Shown here piece by piece: positions 16,171-25,308 of a DNA stretch of 60,146 bases. Under the pieces are notes generated by a model, which saw only the letters and a list, made by a program, of their open reading frames with translations, ran no database searches and was not told where the DNA came from. How positions within the stretch are numbered: the stretch's first letter is position 1; every line of letters starts with the position of its first letter. Position numbers and translations under genes: made by a program. This DNA comes from an uncultured Bacilli bacterium (lineage in GTDB: Bacteria > Bacillota_I > Bacilli_A > RF39 > UBA660), in contig CANRKS010000001.1 of assembly GCA_947631285.1 (NCBI GenBank), positions 1-60,146 of the forward strand, read 5' to 3'.

Positions 16171-16234
16171 TTGTTATCACCTAATATAATTATATAATAA
16201 TTTTGTTAATTTATAAATAAAATATAGAGATAGT

Positions 16235-16456
16235 ATGTTAAGAATATTTTTATTTATAATTGGTTTTATTTTAATGGTATTAGGTTTATTTTTTATAATA
16301 TTAGATTTAAATTTATTAGTTATTGGGTATACTTTTTTCGATTTTGTTTATTTTATTATTAGAAGTATTTATTCTGAATTATTTTTAATGGGCAGTATCT
16401 TAATAATATTTTTATTAAAAAGAAGAAAGGTGCGAAAGAATGGATTATTATTATGA
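16235..16456 (+). CDS. small polytopic membrane protein
   Basis: 73 aa with 2-3 hydrophobic helices and a basic tail. Overlaps the next ORF by 17 nt. Confidence 0.45.
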   Translation: MLRIFLFIIGFILMVLGLFFIILDLNLLVIGYTFFDFVYFIIRSIYSELFLMGSILIIFLLKRRKVRKNGLLL

Positions 16457-17072
16457 TGTATTATTAAATTTTCAGGAAAAATATTGTATGTTTTATGAAT
16501 GGGATGAAAATGATGTCATAGATCACGTTAAAAAGATTCCTCTTATTCATATTACTTCAAAAGCATTTGAGGATTTAAGGCAAAATAAAATAAAAGTAAA
16601 TGAATCCTTTTTAGAAAGAATTTTATATAAAACAAAGCTAAAACACAATAATTATTTAAAGTATACGGCTATTTTTAGTGATGGCAAGAATAGTCTAGCT
16701 TTAGAATTTGATGATAATGGTTATAGTTTAAATAAAAGTAGTCTAATTCTTGATGATGAATTAAATATTAACGAATTTACTTATAACGTTAATTTAGAGA
16801 AATTAGAATATGAAATAATTGCTAATGAAAAAGTTAATCAAGAAACAAGACAAGAAGCTAAAGTTAAGAAGATATTAAAATTAGAAATAGATAATATGTA
16901 TCGAAGTAAAAATTATAGTAAATTAAAATATATTTATTTAGAATGGTTTGCTAATTTAAAAAATGATATGGATGAAATGTATCAAGAAATGATAAATAAA
17001 TTAAATGATAAATTAACAGATAAAGAATATAACATTTATGAATTAATTAAATTATCTTATAATAACGTATAA
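16440..17072 (+). CDS. conserved hypothetical protein (DUF3603-like, FYEW motif)
   Basis: 210 aa starting MDYYYDVLLNFQEKYCMFYEWDENDVIDHVKKIPL. Confidence 0.4.
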   Translation: MDYYYDVLLNFQEKYCMFYEWDENDVIDHVKKIPLIHITSKAFEDLRQNKIKVNESFLERILYKTKLKHNNYLKYTAIFSDGKNSLALEFDDNGYSLNKSSLILDDELNINEFTYNVNLEKLEYEIIANEKVNQETRQEAKVKKILKLEIDNMYRSKNYSKLKYIYLEWFANLKNDMDEMYQEMINKLNDKLTDKEYNIYELIKLSYNNV

Positions 17073-17114
17073 AAGTATAAAATTAGGAAATATTAAAACT
17101 AGGATGTGGTTTAA

Positions 17115-17648
17115 TTGAAGAAAATTTGTTCTTTATTACTAATAGTATTATTACTTTCAGGATGTGGAGAAAATACTGCAAGGGGTGTTGTAGAAAGTTA
17201 TCTTAAAAAATATAAAACTTTAGATAGTGAAGTATTAGTGGATTTAGAAGAAGTAGTGGAAAAGGAAGATTTAGATAAAGAAGAAAAAGATAAATATCGA
17301 GATATTTTAAAAAAGCAATATAAAGATTTAAGTTATGAAATCAAAGAAGAAGAGTATGATAATGATATTGATTATGTTACGGTTCTTATAACGGTCTATG
17401 ATTTAAAAGAAGCAATGGATGATGCTAAAATTTATTTAGAAAATAATCCTTCGGAATTCAATCAAGAAGATGGTACATTTGATAAACATAAATACAATAA
17501 TTATAAACTAGATAAAATGAAAGACACAACGAAAAGAATATCATATACTATTGTGTTTACAGTAACTAAAGAAGACGATAAATATGTAGTTGAACAACCA
17601 ACCGAAAATGATTTATTAAAAATACATGGTGTTTACCAAAATGCTTAA
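17115..17648 (+). CDS. lipoprotein, unknown function
   Basis: TTG start behind AGGATGTGG. Lipobox LLSGC. Confidence 0.6.
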   Translation: MKKICSLLLIVLLLSGCGENTARGVVESYLKKYKTLDSEVLVDLEEVVEKEDLDKEEKDKYRDILKKQYKDLSYEIKEEEYDNDIDYVTVLITVYDLKEAMDDAKIYLENNPSEFNQEDGTFDKHKYNNYKLDKMKDTTKRISYTIVFTVTKEDDKYVVEQPTENDLLKIHGVYQNA

Positions 17649-17668
17649 AGACGATTAAGTCTTTTTTT
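17644..17668 (+). terminator. weak intrinsic terminator
   Basis: AAGAC-GATTAA-GTCTT followed by a T7 run. Confidence 0.45.
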
Positions 17669-17678
17669 AGTTATAATC

Positions 17679-17707
17679 TTGAAATATTTATAAGATTGTG
17701 CTAGAAT
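17679..17707 (+). promoter_or_regulatory. sigma-A promoter with extended -10
   Basis: TTGAAA (17679-17684), 17 nt, TGc-TAGAAT (TAGAAT at 17702-17707). Confidence 0.6.
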
Positions 17708-17731
17708 CGTAACTGTTTTGGTGATATAAAA

Positions 17732-18166
17732 ATGAATAATAAGTTAAAGAAGAATGTAAATCATTTCTTTCATCATTCTTCTAATGAAGAAAAAAGAAAA
17801 AAAGAAAATACTAAGTTAGAAACAAAAGAAAAAGATATGGACTATTCTTTTGGTTTGTCTTTAGATGAAGAAGTTAATAAACTATATGCGATTACTATGC
17901 GAAATGGTATTATTAAAAAGGGAGAGGAAAGTGAATGGCTAGCCTACTTAAAAGTAACTCTTCTAAGTCATTCAGATCTTCCTATGCTTAATAAATTAAT
18001 TTATCAGTTATTCATTCTAGCGCAACATCCCCAAAAGTTTATTCAAATTCTTCCTAATGAAGCTGAATATTTAGACTTATTAATGCATTTTAGTGTTCAT
18101 GGAGAATTACTTAAAGAATATTTAAATAACCCTTTAGAAGATAATTTAAAAATTACTTCTCGTTAG
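17732..18166 (+). CDS. hypothetical protein
   Basis: 144 aa with a basic N-terminus. Has its own promoter. Its 3' end overlaps the convergent ORF by 14 nt. Confidence 0.45.
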   Translation: MNNKLKKNVNHFFHHSSNEEKRKKENTKLETKEKDMDYSFGLSLDEEVNKLYAITMRNGIIKKGEESEWLAYLKVTLLSHSDLPMLNKLIYQLFILAQHPQKFIQILPNEAEYLDLLMHFSVHGELLKEYLNNPLEDNLKITSR

Positions 18167-18500
18167 TTTTTTTAGCTTTAGGATTATTTTTAACATAAGA
18201 TATATTTGTTTTATAATTACGCTTCTTTAAGGAAGTGTTTTTACTTTTGGTTTTATTTGGTCTTTTACTGTTCTTTTTCTTTTTACTTTTTGGTTTACTA
18301 TTTGTTTTATTTTTAGTTTGATGAGTAGGAGATTTCTTATTTACTTTTTTAATTACTTCTTTTTGGGCTTTTTTATTATCTAAATCAAAGTATTTATTAA
18401 TAAAAATTAAAATAAAGCTGATTAAAGTTAGTAAATAAATAGAAATTATGATGATAAAAAAAATATCGATAGGATCATAACTTTTAGACATACTACTCAT
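18153..18500 (-). CDS. small bitopic membrane protein with Lys-rich tail
   Basis: 115 aa. TM segment IFFIIIISIYLLTLISFILIFI, then a K/N/T/S-rich tail (KSKKKKNSKRPNKTKSK). Confidence 0.45.
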   Translation of the reverse strand: MSSMSKSYDPIDIFFIIIISIYLLTLISFILIFINKYFDLDNKKAQKEVIKKVNKKSPTHQTKNKTNSKPKSKKKKNSKRPNKTKSKNTSLKKRNYKTNISYVKNNPKAKKTNEK

Positions 18501-18555
18501 TTCCTTTCAATAAAGTATTATAATATATGTTTAAAAAAAATAATAGATGGAAAAT

Positions 18556-18579
18556 GTCAAATATTTGAAAATATTTGAC
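18556..18579. promoter_or_regulatory. 11-2-11 perfect palindrome, candidate operator
   Basis: GTCAAATATTT-GA-AAATATTTGAC. The right arm contains TTGACA (18575-18580), and TTGAAA (18565-18570) lies inside the palindrome. It sits ~70 nt upstream of 18648. Confidence 0.45.
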
Positions 18580-18647
18580 ACAAATTTATATATGTTATGA
18601 AAAAGAGCAAGAAATTATGATAAAATTAGATAAGGAGAGTAGGTATT

Positions 18648-20366
18648 ATGCATCATAAATGGTTAAATTTATTTTTTTTAACACTTTTTTCCTTTATCTT
18701 AAATTTAAGTATTTGTTATGCTGATACTTATAGAGGAAAAATTACCGGAACGGGTGTTAATTTACGAAGTGGTCCCGGAACTAATTACAGTAGTATTAAA
18801 ACTTTAAGTAAAAATAGTGAATATACTTTAGTAAGTAATAAACTTTATCCATCTGAGAAGAGTTGCTCTAAAGGATGGTATCAAATGTATTATGAAGCTA
18901 GTGCCACTGGTTATGTTTGTGCTGATTATGTTTCTGTTTCTACTTTAGTATTTAATGAAAATGCTACAACAAATTGTGAACAAAATATGCAAGCTGCGGG
19001 CTTTCCATCTTCTTACTGGCCAGGATTATGTAAAATGCAACAAGATCATCCCAGTTGGCAATTTAAAGCTATTGCTACAGGTCTTGATTGGGTAACAGCC
19101 GTTAATAAAGAAAGTGCCTGTGGTGAAAGCTATGTTGCTAGTAGTGATCCCGCCAATATTGATACATCTTGTAAAAATCCTTACTCTAAAACTTGGTATC
19201 CAGCCTCAGCTAGTGCGGTTGCTTATTATATGGATCCTCGTAACTGGTTAACTGATAATGCCGTTTTTCAATTTGAATATTTAAAATACGATAATGGCTT
19301 AGCTTCATCTTATGCTTCAGCTGCATCTGATTTAATTGATCATTCTGAATTTTATAAATATCATTATGCTAAGGGTACTAATTTAGGCGATGTAATGAAT
19401 GATGTGGGGAAAGAATTAGACGTTAGTCCTGTGCATATTGCTTCCAGAGTTTTGCAAGAGCTAGGGGCTAAAAATACTTTATATAATTTATATAGTGGTG
19501 TTTATCCTGGTTATGAAGGATACTATAATTTCTATAATTTTGGTGTTAGTGATAGTTGTGCCACTAGTAATGGAACGACGGTTTGTGGTTTAACTTATGC
19601 CAAAAATAATGGCTGGTATGGCTTATATGAAGCTATTAAAGGGGGAGCAGATCAAATTTCTAGAAATTATATTGCTAAAGGACAATATACGATATATTTA
19701 CAAAAGTTTAATGTTGTTCCAACTGAAAGTAATAAGTTATATGGTCATCAATATATGACTAATCTAAGTTCACCATCAGAAGAAGCTAAATCTTCTTATA
19801 AAACTTATAATAATGCCGGTCTTATCAATAGTCCTTTTGTCTTTTATATTCCGGTTTATAATAATATGAATAATACTAATTACTATTCTAGTAATGGCGC
19901 GGTTGATAGTAATGATTTAACAGATCCATCAAAACTGGCTATAAGTACAATCGTTACTAGTAGTGGTTATACATATCAAAGTGGTAAAATTTCTGGCATT
20001 AGTGCCAATACTTCTATAAGTCAAATTAAAAGTACCATTGAAAGTATTTCAGGTTCTAATACTGTTGTGGTAAAAAATAACAAAGGAAATCTCGTAGTCG
20101 ATGGTAATATTGGAACTGGTTATACAGTTACAGTTAATAATTCTACCACAAATGAAACTTTAACCGCTATTGTTAAAGGTGATACATCTGGTGATGGAGA
20201 GGTAAACGCTCTGGATTTATTACAAGTGCAAAAGAAATTATTAGGAACATATACTTTAAATGATGTATATGATACAGCTGGTGATACATCAGGGGATGGA
20301 GAAGTAAATGCTCTTGATTTATTACAAATTCAAAAAAAGATATTAGGAACTTATGAAATAAAATAA
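18648..20366 (+). CDS. secreted SH3b + GH73-like N-acetylglucosaminidase + dockerin protein
   Basis: Signal peptide present. SH3b-like GKITGTGVNLRSGPGTNYSSIKTL. Glucosaminidase hallmarks YYMDPRNWL..AVFQFEYL, ASRVLQELG and GHQYMTN. The C-terminus carries two 34-aa-spaced segments GDTSGDGEVNALDLLQ[VI]QKK[LI]LGTY, which are dockerin Ca-binding repeats. Confidence 0.75.
   Translation: MHHKWLNLFFLTLFSFILNLSICYADTYRGKITGTGVNLRSGPGTNYSSIKTLSKNSEYTLVSNKLYPSEKSCSKGWYQMYYEASATGYVCADYVSVSTLVFNENATTNCEQNMQAAGFPSSYWPGLCKMQQDHPSWQFKAIATGLDWVTAVNKESACGESYVASSDPANIDTSCKNPYSKTWYPASASAVAYYMDPRNWLTDNAVFQFEYLKYDNGLASSYASAASDLIDHSEFYKYHYAKGTNLGDVMNDVGKELDVSPVHIASRVLQELGAKNTLYNLYSGVYPGYEGYYNFYNFGVSDSCATSNGTTVCGLTYAKNNGWYGLYEAIKGGADQISRNYIAKGQYTIYLQKFNVVPTESNKLYGHQYMTNLSSPSEEAKSSYKTYNNAGLINSPFVFYIPVYNNMNNTNYYSSNGAVDSNDLTDPSKLAISTIVTSSGYTYQSGKISGISANTSISQIKSTIESISGSNTVVVKNNKGNLVVDGNIGTGYTVTVNNSTTNETLTAIVKGDTSGDGEVNALDLLQVQKKLLGTYTLNDVYDTAGDTSGDGEVNALDLLQIQKKILGTYEIK
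20178..20354 (+). repeat. tandem dockerin repeat (two ~75-nt copies, 102-nt period)
   Basis: 20178-20252 and 20280-20354 share GGTGATACATC.GG.GATGGAGA.GTAAA.GCTCT.GATTTATTACAA. Confidence 0.85.
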
Positions 20367-20383
20367 GAAAGGATTGAAGGAAA

Positions 20384-21901
20384 GTGAAAAAATTAAAATT
20401 ATTAGTATTTACTTTTTTGAGCTTAATTGTTTTACCAAGTCTAGTTATTGCTGCCTCTGGTAGTATTACGGTAAGTGGAGCAGACAAAGTAGTTGTTGGT
20501 AATAAAGTTACTTTAACGGTTACTTTATCAAGTAGTAGTGCTATAGGTAGTTGGGAAATGAGTTTAGACTATAATAAAAGTTATCTTCAACTTACATCTT
20601 CTTCAGCAGAAGCTGGAGGAGTAAAAATGGCAGGTTATGCAACGGGAGCTAATGGAACTAAGAAAAAGACTTATACTTTTACCTTTAAAGCCTTAAAAAC
20701 AGGATCTACTAAAGTATCTGTTGATATGTATGATGTGTATGCTAATGATTTTAGTAGCATGAGTATTAATTCTAATAGTAAAACTTTAAAAATAATTACC
20801 CAAGAAGAATTAGAAGCTAGTTATTCTAAAGATAATGATTTAAAAGATTTAAAAGTAGAAGGATTTGAAATAAGTCCGGCTTTTACTAAAGATACTTTAA
20901 ATTATAGTGTAACGGTTCCTGAAGGAACTACTTCCGTTAATGTTATAGCTACTCCGAATGATAGTAAATCTTCCGTAAGTGGAGCAGGTAGTGTTGAAGT
21001 TAGTGAAGGTACAAATAATATAAATATTGTTGTCAGGGCTGAAAATGGTAGTGAAAAAACTTATAATTTGGTCGTAGATGTTATTGATGCTAATCCTATA
21101 AATGTAAAAGTTGGCGAAGATAATTATACCGTTATTAAATTAAGGAGTAATTATCCTTGTCCGGAATTATTTACCGAAAGCGAAGTTCTAATCAATGGTA
21201 TAGAAGTTCCTAGTTGTTATAATGAGAAAACCAATTATACCTTAGTGGGTCTTAAGAAAGAAGATGGAACAGCCTTAAGCTTTATTTATGATAATGGAAA
21301 ATATACAAAATATAATGAAGTAACGGGAACAAGTTTAAAAATAGTTATTTTAGAATATGATAAAGAAATTCCAGGTCTTACTAAAGTAACTTCAATGATT
21401 GATGGTAAAAGTTATGCTGCTTCAACTTATCAAAATAATAAAGACTACTATGTTGTTTATGGTTTAAATATTGCAACAGGCGAAAAAGATTTTTATCTCT
21501 ATGATGCGATTAACAAAACGTTTTCTTTATACAATAATGAACAAGTAAAAGCTTTAATTAATACTAACAAAATATATTTATATGTTATTATTGTATTTGG
21601 TCTTGGTTTATTCTTATCTTTAATTTGTATTGTTAAATTAAATAGTCAAAAGAAAAAGAAAAAAGAAGAAGATAAGGATAAAAAGGTTAATGAAAAAGAA
21701 AATAAAGAAGTTAAGAACAAAACTAAAAGTAAAAAAGATGATCAAAAAGAGATAAAAAAAGAAGAGAAAAAAGAAGAAAAAACAAAAGAAGTAGATGTTA
21801 ATGAAATAAAAGATCTTAGTGAAGATAATGGTGAAGATGAAACGGAAACTTATTATCTTTTTGAAAGTGATCGCCGAAAAAAACATAAAAAAAATAAATA
21901 A
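20384..21901 (+). CDS. membrane-anchored cohesin-domain protein with cadherin-like beta-sandwich domain and Lys-rich cytoplasmic tail
   Basis: GTG start behind AAGGAAA, signal peptide present. Cohesin-like SGSITVSGADKVVVGNKVTLTVTLSSSSAIGSWEMSLDYNKSYLQL. Cadherin-like DLKDLKVEGFEISPAFTKDTLNYSVTVPEGTTSVNVIATP...YNLVV. TM segment IYLYVIIVFGLGLFLSLICIV, then a K/E tail. Confidence 0.7.
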   Translation: MKKLKLLVFTFLSLIVLPSLVIAASGSITVSGADKVVVGNKVTLTVTLSSSSAIGSWEMSLDYNKSYLQLTSSSAEAGGVKMAGYATGANGTKKKTYTFTFKALKTGSTKVSVDMYDVYANDFSSMSINSNSKTLKIITQEELEASYSKDNDLKDLKVEGFEISPAFTKDTLNYSVTVPEGTTSVNVIATPNDSKSSVSGAGSVEVSEGTNNINIVVRAENGSEKTYNLVVDVIDANPINVKVGEDNYTVIKLRSNYPCPELFTESEVLINGIEVPSCYNEKTNYTLVGLKKEDGTALSFIYDNGKYTKYNEVTGTSLKIVILEYDKEIPGLTKVTSMIDGKSYAASTYQNNKDYYVVYGLNIATGEKDFYLYDAINKTFSLYNNEQVKALINTNKIYLYVIIVFGLGLFLSLICIVKLNSQKKKKKEEDKDKKVNEKENKEVKNKTKSKKDDQKEIKKEEKKEEKTKEVDVNEIKDLSEDNGEDETETYYLFESDRRKKHKKNK

Positions 21902-21915
21902 TACATAAAAAAATT

Positions 21916-21964
21916 AAGAAAGATTATCCTAATAATATAAATTAAATAGATAATCTTTCTTTTT
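21916..21964 (+). terminator. intrinsic terminator (13-bp stem, 20-nt loop)
   Basis: AAGAAAGATTATC ... GATAATCTTTCTT is a perfect 13-bp stem, followed by a T run. Confidence 0.55.
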
Positions 21965-22001
21965 AAATGGTTATCATTTATAATATTGCTAGGTGTTTTA
22001 A

Positions 22002-23048
22002 ATGAATTGGATGGTTAATGGACATTATATATTAGAAATTGTTATTGTTACTTTCGTAACAAGTCTTTTATTAGTGCCAGTATCAAAAAAATTAGCTAAT
22101 CATGTTGGAGCAATGGATATTCCTAATGCCAGAAAAATTCATAAAGTTCCTATTCCTAGATTAGGAGGATTAGCTATATTTGGCTCTTTTCTTTTCGGCT
22201 ATATTTTATATGGTGAAGCTACAACCCAAATGTTGTCCATTTTAATAGGATCATTTTTAATTGTTTTAGTCGGGGTATTTGATGATATTAAACCCATAAG
22301 GGCTCTTTATAAATTTATAGTACAATTAGGGGCGGCTTTAATTGTTGTTATATACGGCAAAATATATTTTACTGAAATTACTTTTTTGGGTTTTAGAATG
22401 GAATTTAATTTAATCACTAGTTATATTTTATCTACATTCTTTATCTTAGCTATTTCTAATGCTTTAAATTTTATTGATGGAATGGATGGCTTATCAAGTG
22501 GTGTTAGTTCTATCTACTTTTTAACTATTGCTATTATTGCTATTATTCTAAATAGATTAGGTGGTCTTGATATTATTCTTTCTTTAATTATGCTTGGTTC
22601 AACATTAGGTTTTTTAGTTTATAATTTTCCTCCGGCTAAAATATTTGTCGGCGATTCGGGTAGTGTTTTCTTCGGCTTTATTATTTCTATTATTGCTCTT
22701 TTAGGATATAAAGTAGCTACTTTAACTTCTTTAGTCATTCCCATCACTATTTTAGCTATTCCTGTTTTTGATACGGTATTTGCTATTTTAAGAAGACTCA
22801 TAAAACATAAGAATATAGCGGAAGCTGATAAAGAACATCTTCATCATCAACTTTTAAAATTAAAGTTTTCTCCCAGAGTTAGTATTCTAATTATTTATTT
22901 AGTCAATATTATCTTTTCAGCCATTTCTATTTTATATGTAATTGGTGATAGTAGAGATGTAATAATTTTATATCTAGTAGCAATGATACTAGTCTTATTT
23001 GTAGTCCTTAAAACTGATATTTTATATGATCATAAGAAGAAAAAGTAA
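22002..23048 (+). CDS. tagO: UDP-GlcNAc:undecaprenyl-phosphate GlcNAc-1-P transferase (WecA/TagO family)
   Basis: MraY-like motifs DIPNARKIHKVPIPRLGG, FDDIKP, NALNFIDGMDGL and VGDSGS. ~10 TM segments. Confidence 0.85.
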   Translation: MNWMVNGHYILEIVIVTFVTSLLLVPVSKKLANHVGAMDIPNARKIHKVPIPRLGGLAIFGSFLFGYILYGEATTQMLSILIGSFLIVLVGVFDDIKPIRALYKFIVQLGAALIVVIYGKIYFTEITFLGFRMEFNLITSYILSTFFILAISNALNFIDGMDGLSSGVSSIYFLTIAIIAIILNRLGGLDIILSLIMLGSTLGFLVYNFPPAKIFVGDSGSVFFGFIISIIALLGYKVATLTSLVIPITILAIPVFDTVFAILRRLIKHKNIAEADKEHLHHQLLKLKFSPRVSILIIYLVNIIFSAISILYVIGDSRDVIILYLVAMILVLFVVLKTDILYDHKKKK

Positions 23049-23107
23049 AACTTTCTTTTTATATCTTTTTAAGCTATAATAAAATAAATAGAAAAAACGA
23101 GGTTATT

Positions 23108-25294
23108 ATGCAAAAATACAAGAAACTTTTTTCTAAGGAAATGCTTGTTAATTATGTCTTTATTTTTTATATATTATCTCTTTTTTTAGATATGCATTTT
23201 TTCTATAATAGTATCTCCACTTTAATAAGAGTTATTATTATTAGTTTTTTATTTTTAATTATTTTTCTTTTTTATGCTAATAAAAAAGAAAAAAGATTAT
23301 TAATTGCTTATTTTTTAGCTCTTTTACTCTATCTAATTATTCATTTAATAAATGTTAATAATTTTCAAGTTGTAAATATTAAGCCCATTAATAATTTAAA
23401 TGAAATTTTATATTTTGTTAAAATGAGTATGAATGTTTTTCTCATTTTTATTCTTTATAAATTAGAAATGGATAAATCCAAATTTTATAATCTTATCTTT
23501 TTGTCCTCTTTTTTAATTTCTTTTATAATTATTATTACTAATCTTTTTAAAATAGGTTATACATCTTATGATTTTGTAAGACCTCTTTCTAATATTTTTG
23601 ATTGGTTCACTAAGTCAGTATCTTTTTTAACAGCATCTACTAAAGGTTATTTTCATCTTACTAATCAAATTTCGGCGATTTTAATTTTATATTTACCTTT
23701 AATGCTTATTAGTTTAAAAGAGAAGATAACAATGCCTAAAATAATAAATATTATGCTCGTTATTATTTCTTTATTTATGTTAGGAACGAGAGTATCATCT
23801 TATTCACCTTTTATAATTATCGGTATCTCTTTAATTATATATTTTATCATGGCTATTATTTATAAAAACTTTAAAATATCTTATGTTTTGAGTTTAGTCT
23901 TATTTTTTATCTTAAGCTTAAGTTTATATAATGTTTGTCCTCTTTTATCTAGAAATAGCTATTATGAAAGTTTATTTAGTGAAAAAGAAAAAGGAAAAAA
24001 TGAAGAAGAGTTTAAAAGACTAGATAAAGAAAATAAAAAAGAATTAAGTAATGAGGAATTTAAAAAATATTTAGGTTATTTTAATATCGATAGTGATTTT
24101 TATAATAACTATTATCCTTTAGAAAATGATCGGGAATTTTATGAAAATTATTTAACTTTAGGAATAAAAATAAATGATACAAGATTTTTAGAGCGAAAAA
24201 TTATTGAAAGAGTAGAAGAGTTAAATAATAATAAAAATGATATTTTATGGGGTATTGGTTATGATCGGGTTATGCATATTTTTAATATTGAAGCTGATTA
24301 CATCATGCAGTATTATGCTCTAGGCTTAGTTGGGGTCATAATCCTTTTGGGAGTTAATATCTTGTTACTTATTTGGGCAAGCTTTAAATTTTTATTTAAC
24401 TTAAAAAGATATTTTAACTATGAAAATGTAATACTTATATTTAGTGCTCTTTATTTTTTACTAAGTGCTTATTTTACAGGTAATATTTTAAATGCCATCA
24501 GTACGATTATTCCTATTTCTTTTGTTATAGGGTATCTTTTAAGTATTATTTTTAAAAAGAGTAATAAAGAAAGTGATGAGTATTATTTAGGATTTAGAAC
24601 AACGACTAAAAGTAAAGAAGAAGTTTTAAATAAAATTTTTAAAGAAAAAGAGCCCGTTATTATTTATAATATAAATCCTATCATTATTAATAATTTTTTA
24701 AATAATGAACTCATAAAAAAAGAAATAAATAAGGGAAAATATAATATTCCCGATGGAAGTGGAATTGCTTTAGCTTCAATTATGACGAGCAATCATATTA
24801 AAACTAGTATTCCAGGGATTGAACTAATGGAAGATATCGTTTCGCGTAGTCAAAATTTTAAATATTCTATTTATTTATATGGCGCCAAGGAAAAAAGTGT
24901 GAAAAAGACGAAGGAATATTTAGAAGGAAAATATCCATCAGCTAAAATAATTGGTTATCAAAATGGTTATAATAAAAATAAAGATAAAGATATAAAGGAA
25001 ATTTTAAAGTTGAAACCTGATATTTTATTTGTAGCATTAGGTAGTCCAAGGCAAGAAGAGTTTATTATAAATAATAAAGATAAATTTCAAGATATTAAAA
25101 TTATTATGCCAGTTGGCGGATCATTTGATGTCTTAAGTGGCAATTTAAAAAGAGCTCCGAGAATAGTTCAAAAATTAAAAATAGAATGGTTATATCGAAT
25201 GATTAAAGAACCTAAAAGATTTAAAGAATTATTCTCCCTTATAAAATTTGGTTTTCTAGTATTACTCTTTAATTTTTGGTATAATGATAAATAG
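23108..25294 (+). CDS. fusion of a polytopic Wzy/O-antigen-ligase-like membrane domain to a WecG/TagA (GT26) glycosyltransferase
   Basis: Residues 1-~490 contain >=10 hydrophobic helices plus an E/K-rich loop. Residues ~495-728 carry GT26 motifs: PDGSGI, IYLYGAK, FVALGSPRQEEF, MPVGGSFD and EWLYRMIKEPKRF. Confidence 0.7.
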   Translation: MQKYKKLFSKEMLVNYVFIFYILSLFLDMHFFYNSISTLIRVIIISFLFLIIFLFYANKKEKRLLIAYFLALLLYLIIHLINVNNFQVVNIKPINNLNEILYFVKMSMNVFLIFILYKLEMDKSKFYNLIFLSSFLISFIIIITNLFKIGYTSYDFVRPLSNIFDWFTKSVSFLTASTKGYFHLTNQISAILILYLPLMLISLKEKITMPKIINIMLVIISLFMLGTRVSSYSPFIIIGISLIIYFIMAIIYKNFKISYVLSLVLFFILSLSLYNVCPLLSRNSYYESLFSEKEKGKNEEEFKRLDKENKKELSNEEFKKYLGYFNIDSDFYNNYYPLENDREFYENYLTLGIKINDTRFLERKIIERVEELNNNKNDILWGIGYDRVMHIFNIEADYIMQYYALGLVGVIILLGVNILLLIWASFKFLFNLKRYFNYENVILIFSALYFLLSAYFTGNILNAISTIIPISFVIGYLLSIIFKKSNKESDEYYLGFRTTTKSKEEVLNKIFKEKEPVIIYNINPIIINNFLNNELIKKEINKGKYNIPDGSGIALASIMTSNHIKTSIPGIELMEDIVSRSQNFKYSIYLYGAKEKSVKKTKEYLEGKYPSAKIIGYQNGYNKNKDKDIKEILKLKPDILFVALGSPRQEEFIINNKDKFQDIKIIMPVGGSFDVLSGNLKRAPRIVQKLKIEWLYRMIKEPKRFKELFSLIKFGFLVLLFNFWYNDK

Positions 25295-25308
25295 ATAGGA
25301 AGAAAAAG

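Noticed and set aside
21640-21900. A/G-rich low-complexity DNA that looks repeat-like.
   Set aside because: It encodes the K/E-rich cytoplasmic tail of the cohesin protein. It has no fixed period and is not a CRISPR or tandem-repeat locus.
20173-22801. Antisense ORFs 20173..20487, 21638..21886 and 22619..22801.
   Set aside because: They lie opposite the dockerin, the Lys-rich tail and tagO respectively. They have no RBS, and their low-complexity F/L-rich products are artefacts.
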